Shown: positions 57,566-64,000 of the stretch, piece after piece
How the letters are laid out: each line of letters begins with the position of its first letter
Position numbering within the stretch: position 1 is the first letter of the stretch
Origin: Bacillota bacterium
GTDB lineage: Bacteria > Bacillota > DTU025
Direction: 5' to 3'
NCBI GenBank assembly: GCA_050951805.1
Contig: JBMNJT010000008.1
Span: 160,001-224,000 of the forward strand
Length of the DNA: 64,000 nt
The notes under the pieces: generated by a model
The model's input: the letters and a program-made list of their open reading frames with translations, nothing else
What the model was told of the DNA's origin: nothing
Database searches by the model: none
Position numbers and translations under genes: made by a program

Positions 57566-58993
57566 ATGGGAAGCGAGATCAGATTTGGAACAGATGGGTG
57601 GAGGGCGGTAATGTGCGATGCTTTCACCTTCGCCAATGTCCGAGCCGTCATTCAGGCGGTGGCGGACTACGTGATCAGCCATGATATGCGTGACCGCGGC
57701 GTTTTGGTGGGGTATGATGCCCGTTTCCTTTCCCGCGGATTTGCAGAGGTCGCCGCAGAAGTGTTAGCGGCCAACTCAATCCCAACCCTTGTCACCAACC
57801 GCGACACTCCAACACCTGTAGTGGCATTCACCGTCGCCGACCGAGGCCTTGCGGGGGCAGTCATGTTTACTGCCAGCCATAATCCGCCTGAATACAACGG
57901 CGTGAAGTGGATTCCGCATTATGCCGGGCCTGCCGACCCAGACATTACCAATGAAATAGAAGGACACATAGCACGGCGGGCGAATGCCGGTTCGATTCCG
58001 CGTACGATGCCTTTCGAGGAGGCCCTTGCGGCGGGAATTGTCAGATCGATCGATCCTTCAGACAGATACCTGTCGCGCATTCGATCCCTTGTGGCTCTCG
58101 ATACAATTGCCGAAAGCGGCATCAAGATCGTGTACGACCCGCTTTTTTCTACGGGCAGAGGATACGTAGACAGGATATTGGCAGAGGCAGGATGTAACGT
58201 TGAGACTATAAATGGCTGTAGGGATCCGCTCTTTGGAGGAGGATCCCCCGATCCTCAAGAGGAGAGCTTGGGTGATCTCCGGGAGAAGGTGCTCTCTTCG
58301 GGCGCAGATATTGGCCTTGCCACGGACGGGGACGCCGACAGATTTGGCGCCATCGATTCAGACGGAACATATTTTGGGGCAAATCAGATAATCCCACTGC
58401 TCTTGCTCCATCTGATACGGGCTGGAAGGGGGCAAGGGGTGGTTGTGCGTACTATCGCCACCACTCATTTGATCGACAGGATAGCCCATGCTCATGGAAT
58501 CGACGTCATCGAAACACCGGTAGGATTCAAATACATATGCCAGGTGATGAGGGAGAGAGACGTGATAATTGTGGGAGAGGAGAGCGGAGGCCTCTCGATT
58601 GGCGGACACGTTCCCGAAAAAGACGGCATTCTTGCGAACCTGCTTCTTGCTGAATTCAGAGCGGTCGAAGGCAGGCCCTTGACGAAGTCGCTCCGGGCGG
58701 TCATGGACGAATACGGCGCGTCTTGCACACGCCGGATCGACATGAGGTTTTCCGACAACCGCAAACGGGATGCTCTGATTAGGAGATTCGTGGAGAAACC
58801 CCCACTTGAGGTGGCGGGGCGCCGGGTGTGCGACATCTCCACAACAGATGGCGTCAGATTCACCCTCGATGGCGGTGATTGGTTTCTTGTCAGGGCGTCA
58901 GGCACGGAACCCGTTGTGAGGCTATACGTAGAATCAAAGTCTGACGAAGGTATTTCGGCTCTCCTCGGCGAATTTAACGCACTATTAGGTTGA
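57566..58993 (+). CDS. Phosphoglucomutase/phosphomannomutase family
   Basis: FGTDGWR, TASHNP, DGDADR, GEESG, RASGTEP. Confidence 0.94.
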   Translation: MGSEIRFGTDGWRAVMCDAFTFANVRAVIQAVADYVISHDMRDRGVLVGYDARFLSRGFAEVAAEVLAANSIPTLVTNRDTPTPVVAFTVADRGLAGAVMFTASHNPPEYNGVKWIPHYAGPADPDITNEIEGHIARRANAGSIPRTMPFEEALAAGIVRSIDPSDRYLSRIRSLVALDTIAESGIKIVYDPLFSTGRGYVDRILAEAGCNVETINGCRDPLFGGGSPDPQEESLGDLREKVLSSGADIGLATDGDADRFGAIDSDGTYFGANQIIPLLLLHLIRAGRGQGVVVRTIATTHLIDRIAHAHGIDVIETPVGFKYICQVMRERDVIIVGEESGGLSIGGHVPEKDGILANLLLAEFRAVEGRPLTKSLRAVMDEYGASCTRRIDMRFSDNRKRDALIRRFVEKPPLEVAGRRVCDISTTDGVRFTLDGGDWFLVRASGTEPVVRLYVESKSDEGISALLGEFNALLG

Positions 58994-59049
58994 CAGAGCT
59001 TTCTGTTTCTGCTGATAGCGTTAGATGTGACAGACGGGGGTGGCATTTC

Positions 59050-60198
59050 ATGGGTTATTACGATCGATGGGGAAGGCCTCGCGGATTTGGATTTCCACTA
59101 TTTGTGGCCGCTTTAGTCGGAGCGGTAATCGGGGGATTAGTTGTGGGGATGTTGCTGATCGGCCGCATCCCTCAGCAGCAGGCGGCGCCTGCGCCTCAGC
59201 TCTCTACTCCGTCCGACGATGAGATTCTTCCGCCGTCAGAACGATTGTCGGCGGAAGCATATTCAATAGCTTCTGCTGCCAAGAAAGTGAGCCCAGCTGT
59301 GGTGAAGATCGCCACCCGCCAGGAAGAATTGGTCTTTTCCTTCTTCTTCAGGCCGGTCATACAGGAGAGGGAAGGGTTAGGTTCCGGAGTGATAATCGAT
59401 GCGTCAGGCCATATCCTCACCAACTACCATGTCATCAAAAACGTGACAGAGATAGTGGTTGTGCTGGCAGATGGCCGTCAGTTTCCCGGAAGTGTGGTGG
59501 GGGTAGATCCCTACACTGACCTTGCAGTAGTCAAGATCGAAGGAGAGGGATTGCCCGTTGCAGAACTAGGCAACTCTGACCAAATCGTGATCGGAGAACC
59601 TGTCGTGGCCATAGGAAACCCGTATGGGTTCGATCATACGGTAACCGCCGGAGTGGTGAGCGCCTTGAACCGTTCCATAAGCACGGATGAGAGAGATGGG
59701 GTAGTTTTGGAGAACTTGATTCAGACTGACGCTCCTATTAACCCTGGCAATTCAGGAGGGGCTTTGGTGACCACAGATGGTAAGGTGGTGGGGATCAACA
59801 CCGCCATCATACAGGGAGCCCAGGGCATCGGGTTTGCTATTCCCATTAACGTGGCTCGCAACGTGGCAAACGAGATCATCCAGTATGGAAAGGTAAAAAG
59901 GCCGTATCTCGGAGTCTCGGAGGTAGTGGTTGTAAGCAGAAACATTGCGTTAAGATACGGACTGGCCGTGGACAGCGGCATCTACATTTCGTCGGTGGTT
60001 CGTGGAAGCCCCGCTGACCGTGCGGGCCTCGGAAGAGGGGACATCATTATCGCTATCAACGGCGCACAGGTGGCGACGGCGGATGATGTAAGAAGGTGCG
60101 TGCTAAAATCATCTATAGGGGACCAGATGACGTTCACTGTTGTGGGCACCAACAGGCGGCAGCGAGACGTCGTTGTAACCTTGGGCGAGATGCCGTGA
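59050..60198 (+). CDS. htrA: HtrA/DegS-like serine protease (TM anchor, trypsin domain, one PDZ)
   Basis: TNYHV, DLAV, TDAPINPGNSGG, RPYLGV, single PDZ. Confidence 0.93.
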   Translation: MGYYDRWGRPRGFGFPLFVAALVGAVIGGLVVGMLLIGRIPQQQAAPAPQLSTPSDDEILPPSERLSAEAYSIASAAKKVSPAVVKIATRQEELVFSFFFRPVIQEREGLGSGVIIDASGHILTNYHVIKNVTEIVVVLADGRQFPGSVVGVDPYTDLAVVKIEGEGLPVAELGNSDQIVIGEPVVAIGNPYGFDHTVTAGVVSALNRSISTDERDGVVLENLIQTDAPINPGNSGGALVTTDGKVVGINTAIIQGAQGIGFAIPINVARNVANEIIQYGKVKRPYLGVSEVVVVSRNIALRYGLAVDSGIYISSVVRGSPADRAGLGRGDIIIAINGAQVATADDVRRCVLKSSIGDQMTFTVVGTNRRQRDVVVTLGEMP

Positions 60199-60677
60199 TG
60201 CGCATTGATGTAGTCGCCGTTGGCAAGATGAAGGAGAGATTCCTTGCCGAGGCAGTGCGTGATTATGAGCGGCGAATATCCCGATATTGCAGAATTGAGA
60301 TACGCGAGGTGGCGGAGTCGCCGTTTGCCGAATCGGACGGCGAAGCCAGAAAAAGTCAACTCCGGGCAGGCGAAGCTGCCAGGTTGATATCGCGAATCCG
60401 GCCAGGCTCGTATGTAATAGCTTGTGACCTCGCCGGAAAGGAGATGACTTCTGAGCAGTTCGCTCAGGTCATCTCCGATCTCGGCGTCGCAGGCGTAAGC
60501 GACCTCACTTTCGTGATCGGAGGTCCTCTTGGATATTCCCCCGAGGTCCTTGCCGGAGCGAATCAGAGGATAGCCTTCTCGAAGATGACATTCCCGCATC
60601 AATTGATGCGGGTGATTCTTCTGGAGCAAATATACAGGGCTTTCAAAATAGCAAGGAATGAACCATATCATCATTGA
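60198..60677 (+). CDS. rlmH: 23S rRNA (pseudouridine1915-N3)-methyltransferase
   Basis: MRIDVVAVGKMKE, FVIGGPLG, MTFPHQLMR..LLEQIYRA..NEPYH. Confidence 0.96.
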   Translation: MRIDVVAVGKMKERFLAEAVRDYERRISRYCRIEIREVAESPFAESDGEARKSQLRAGEAARLISRIRPGSYVIACDLAGKEMTSEQFAQVISDLGVAGVSDLTFVIGGPLGYSPEVLAGANQRIAFSKMTFPHQLMRVILLEQIYRAFKIARNEPYHH

Positions 60678-60682
60678 TCAGC

Positions 60683-60691
60683 TGTGGATAA
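60683..60691 (-). promoter_or_regulatory. Perfect DnaA box
   Basis: TGTGGATAA (reverse complement TTATCCACA) in the short rlmH-thyX intergenic gap. Confidence 0.5.
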
Positions 60692-60716
60692 GCTGTGCGC
60701 TTAGGGAGTGATTAGT

Positions 60717-61616
60717 ATGGAGCGGGAGGTTGAGCCCAAGTTCAGAATAATCTACTATCCGTTCATGGGGACATCTGTCAACACAGAACGTTTGATTCTC
60801 CTGGCCAGGCTGTGCTACAAGCCGATAGGAGTGGATGGGCTGTACGACATGGTGTGGGGCACGGACAGTGATCCTGTTGACCCTGGGCTTCAGCATATGG
60901 ACGACGAGGCCGTCGGGAAGTTCGTGCGAGGCCTGATACGTTCAGGCCATCTCGGGGCACTGGAACATTGGAACACCAGCTTTGCCGTGGAAGGATACAG
61001 CAGAATATCGAGTCAGCAAAATGACAGGCACAGGCTGATGAAGACGTTCAAGGACCCAGGTGTGCTGCAGGCCGAGGCCGCCCCTGAGGGGGGCCGGGCG
61101 AAAGAGGCATGTGAAGCCTGGGTGAACGGACCTGAGCAGGGCTCGGCCGACGTATCTCAGATGCAGCAATCCCAGAGGTATGTCCGGGAGGATGATTTCA
61201 AGTACGTTGTGCCTCCGAGTTTCCATAAGGATCCCGAGTTCCTCGCTAGATACAGGAAGTTGCAGGAGGATATTGCGGAGCTCCAAAGATACGGCTTGAA
61301 CGAGGCGAAACTTCCGGCTGAGGATGTGAGGTTCGGGCTCTCCAACGCCACGGAAACGAGGTTTGTGATTACTACCAATGCCAGACAGCTGCGGCATATG
61401 TTCAATCTCAGGTGTTGTCAGAGGGCGCAGTGGGAGATACGCGACCTCTTCGACGGGCTGCTACGGGAGTATAAGAAGATCGCTCCGAACATTTTCTGGC
61501 GGGCAGGCGCTTCCTGTGAGGATTTTGGCTATTGTCCGGAAGGATCGGCCAGCTGTGGGCGGGCGCCTACCATCGACCAACTGTTGGACAGCGCAGGGCG
61601 CAAGAGAGAAGACTGA
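60717..61616 (+). CDS. thyX: FAD-dependent thymidylate synthase with internal insertion
   Basis: GHLGALEH, SR..RHR...SQRYV, EDVRF, NARQL.H..LRC..AQWEIR. Confidence 0.88.
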   Translation: MEREVEPKFRIIYYPFMGTSVNTERLILLARLCYKPIGVDGLYDMVWGTDSDPVDPGLQHMDDEAVGKFVRGLIRSGHLGALEHWNTSFAVEGYSRISSQQNDRHRLMKTFKDPGVLQAEAAPEGGRAKEACEAWVNGPEQGSADVSQMQQSQRYVREDDFKYVVPPSFHKDPEFLARYRKLQEDIAELQRYGLNEAKLPAEDVRFGLSNATETRFVITTNARQLRHMFNLRCCQRAQWEIRDLFDGLLREYKKIAPNIFWRAGASCEDFGYCPEGSASCGRAPTIDQLLDSAGRKRED

Positions 61617-62002
61617 CCCATATGCGGCTTTACGGCCATTTCGATGACTTGAATGACACCTCGGAGCGTCTGAGGGCCGGGGTTCTGACACACCAAGTCA
61701 CTTTGCAAAAACGACCCACATTGGGCCGTTTCATGCTGGATACATGAAAAGACAGGCGTTATCGTGGCGTCGCTCCTCATATTCCAAGCTTCATCATACG
61801 GGGATGAGCGAGAAATGCCCGAACGCAAAGGGTTCTCTCAAAACTCAGTTCAGATGGGTACAGGGGAATACGCTATGGGGCGAGCACAGTAGCGAGCAGG
61901 CACATGCGGCGTGTTGCAAGAGCTCTGAGGACCAAGAGAGTGCTAACAGGTTGTCATCTGGCATGGCAATGGTGTTCAGATCGGATTGACGGCAGGCCGG
62001 GA

Positions 62003-62266
62003 CTACCTGGAACCGGCTATGATGAGGCCGGTCCCGATTCCGATGAGCACAACCTTTGCCGGCGAGATTCTGCCCGTAAGCCCGGCCAGTCCAACTCCGG
62101 TCACGGCCAGCATGAAGAGTGGGCCGATAGTGGCAAGAATCGCGTTTACCTGAAGCCCTTTGGAGATGGTGCCAAGCCTCAAGATGATTACGGCTCCGAT
62201 CACCTCTATTAGTCCGGCAGTTGCTCTGATCGCTGCCATGCGTTCCACAGTTATCTCATCGTTCAT
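62003..62266 (-). CDS. YqhV (DUF2619) family sporulation membrane protein
   Basis: MAAIR..AGLIEV.GA...L.VNAILATIGP..GVGLAGL; GCAT...CATACTA sporulation-sigma-like promoter at 62310-62337. Confidence 0.75.
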   Translation of the reverse strand: MNDEITVERMAAIRATAGLIEVIGAVIILRLGTISKGLQVNAILATIGPLFMLAVTGVGLAGLTGRISPAKVVLIGIGTGLIIAGSR

Positions 62267-63033
62267 CTCGCATCCCTCACATGTTTGGATTTTGATTGCA
62301 TTACTGAGATAGTATGAAGAACCCGGCGGCATAATGCTCTATCTGTTTCGGCGATTGATTCAGGGATAGGAGTATAGCCGTAGCCTGCAGGCCAGATGTC
62401 GTCAAGACTTTGGGGACCGGATCCGCATTTGCCGATCATTGAGGCATGATCGATATCTCTATCGTTGCCGGCTGTGTTTCGACAGGCAGGTTCGACGTCT
62501 ATCGCGGTATAGCTTTGCATACTGAATACGTTGGTTGTCGTCGGCCACAGGTTTATGCGTTTCCATCCTGTCCGAACTTCCTCCGCTTTGCGCGGCATGT
62601 TTGTTGAGCCGATGGGATAGAAGAAGTCCAAGCAGCTTTGGAAAAGCCATTGAGCGCTTTCAAACGGCTATCGCATGCGAAAGCTGCCCGGTGGAAGTGG
62701 GGATATAGGGCGAAGGCAGGTCAAGTAATCTGAGTAGCTCTATTGACATGTGTTTTGATTGCTTGTTGCGAGTGAGGGCTGCTAGCTAGGTTCGTCGACA
62801 AAGCTTGCTTCTTTCCGCAGCAAATCTTGGCCATCGCTACACACAACTTCTCCGGGTCTTAAATGGCAGCTCAGTCTTCCGGTGGTGTTTGTGTGACTGT
62901 TGCTTCTCGATTGCTACTTGGCGTACGGGCTTCAGCTGCTTTGGGGTGTAGCATCTTGCTCCAGATCAGGTTTGAACCGCAGGTAGCACAGACTTCGGCA
63001 TCGCGCAGGAACTCATCAAGACATGGTTAGTTA

Positions 63034-63090
63034 GCAGGTGTGTTGAATCTCGGTGTCGAAGGCATTATGCTAGTGGGGAGCAGATGGATT
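63034..63090 (+). pseudogene. Sugar/nucleoside ABC permease fragment
   Basis: AGVLNLGVEGIMLVG matches the BPD_transp_2 signature; no intact ORF. Confidence 0.5.
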
Positions 63091-63511
63091 TGGGCGATCT
63101 GTCATAATCAGCAGGCTTGATCAGCGCCTCTGCGCAGCCAGTGCAGGTGGAACCCGGTGGGCGCTGAAGAAGCTGTGGGACTGAATTTTCAGTAAAACCT
63201 CTGGTCAAGGATGGATTGTGATGGAGATCAGGGACTGGAATCGGACGATTTCAGGGCCATCTGCAAAGTGGATAGAAGTGTCGTGTCTGTTGGCATTCCT
63301 TCCCGTGTAGGGGGCCAAGTAAGGTGAAACCACAGGCGATTAATATAGATATCAGGACCGGGGATATTTCGGTTGAGGCTTGCACTGTTGCCATGGCAGT
63401 GTCAGATGCTTCGGTAGGTCGGGTGGAGAATGCGCCGAGGCTTCCAGGGGAACGCGCCCACGACGCTGAGAAAACAGGCAAAAGTCTTGGTACAACGAAA
63501 GAGGTGCACAG

Positions 63512-64000
63512 GTGAGCGGCGAAGCAACCCAAACACAGCAGGAGAAGCGGGAAGATCTGCGGTGGAATTTTCGAATGTCAACCCTAGATGGAATGTTCTC
63601 CAATGTAGCCATGGGGATGGTCACCCCATTTCTAGCTGTCTATGCTATGGAGCTTGGAGGTTCGAACAATGCGGTGGGGTTGATCACGGCAGTGCCCGCA
63701 CTTGTAAACACGCTAATGTATCTCCCCGCAGCTTCAATAGTGGAGCAGAGCGACAGTAGGCTGAAGATCGCTAGCAAGACACACTTGTTAGCAAAATCAG
63801 TATATTTGTTGATGGCTTTTGTGCCTTTTCTTCCATGGCCGGACCTGCGTTCCGGCGTGCTCATTGGTCTGTTGGGGCTCCAGACTATTCCGACGGTAAT
63901 AACAATGGTGGCGTGGACAGCGTTGATGGGGGAGACTTTTCCCCGCGAGGAACGCGCTCACCTTTTCGCGTTGAGGAGCATGTACACTTCTTTGGTTACA
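63512..64000 (+). CDS. MFS transporter, 3'-truncated by window edge; absent from the ORF track
   Basis: GAGGTG RBS and GTG 63512; open frame ..DGMFSNVAMGMVTPFLAVYAMELG...AWTALMGETFPREERA.. with several TM helices. Confidence 0.85.
   Translation, partial: MSGEATQTQQEKREDLRWNFRMSTLDGMFSNVAMGMVTPFLAVYAMELGGSNNAVGLITAVPALVNTLMYLPAASIVEQSDSRLKIASKTHLLAKSVYLLMAFVPFLPWPDLRSGVLIGLLGLQTIPTVITMVAWTALMGETFPREERAHLFALRSMYTSLVT

Noticed and set aside
61035-61155. Intein in thyX
   Set aside because: Too short; no N-terminal C/S or C-terminal HN-C/S/T junction.

Overview
Ordinary chromosomal window (no prophage or CRISPR) from an anaerobic Bacillota-type bacterium. It appears to be both spore-forming (YqhV, YmaF, PRK06851, DacB/F-like genes, SigH/SigK-like promoters) and diderm (three tandem predicted beta-barrel outer-membrane proteins, RseB/MucB-like protein). 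Housekeeping content: alpha-oxoamine synthase plus Zn-dehydrogenase, rhomboid, YhaO/YhaN, oadB-like, PatB, GH57/glgA, thrC-thrB-folK, 5'-nucleotidase, tnaA, ldh, HelY-like helicase, M28 peptidase, selC-selD(Sec)-selA-selB, a B12 riboswitch-btuFCD-cobO operon, pgm-htrA-rlmH-thyX and an MFS gene. Mobile DNA: an intact IS1182-family element (CTAG duplication) in an aminopeptidase gene, an intact IS256-family element (8-bp duplication), and relics of a group II intron RT and an IS1634. Most notable: (1) a candidate sigmaE-RseA-RseB envelope-stress module with a GAACTT-N16-TCTA promoter, a divergent rhomboid and a frameshift-split sigma gene; (2) ThyX with about 38 extra residues inside its RHRx7S motif; (3) several decayed repeated segments. 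All calls come from reading the sequence by eye; no searches were run.
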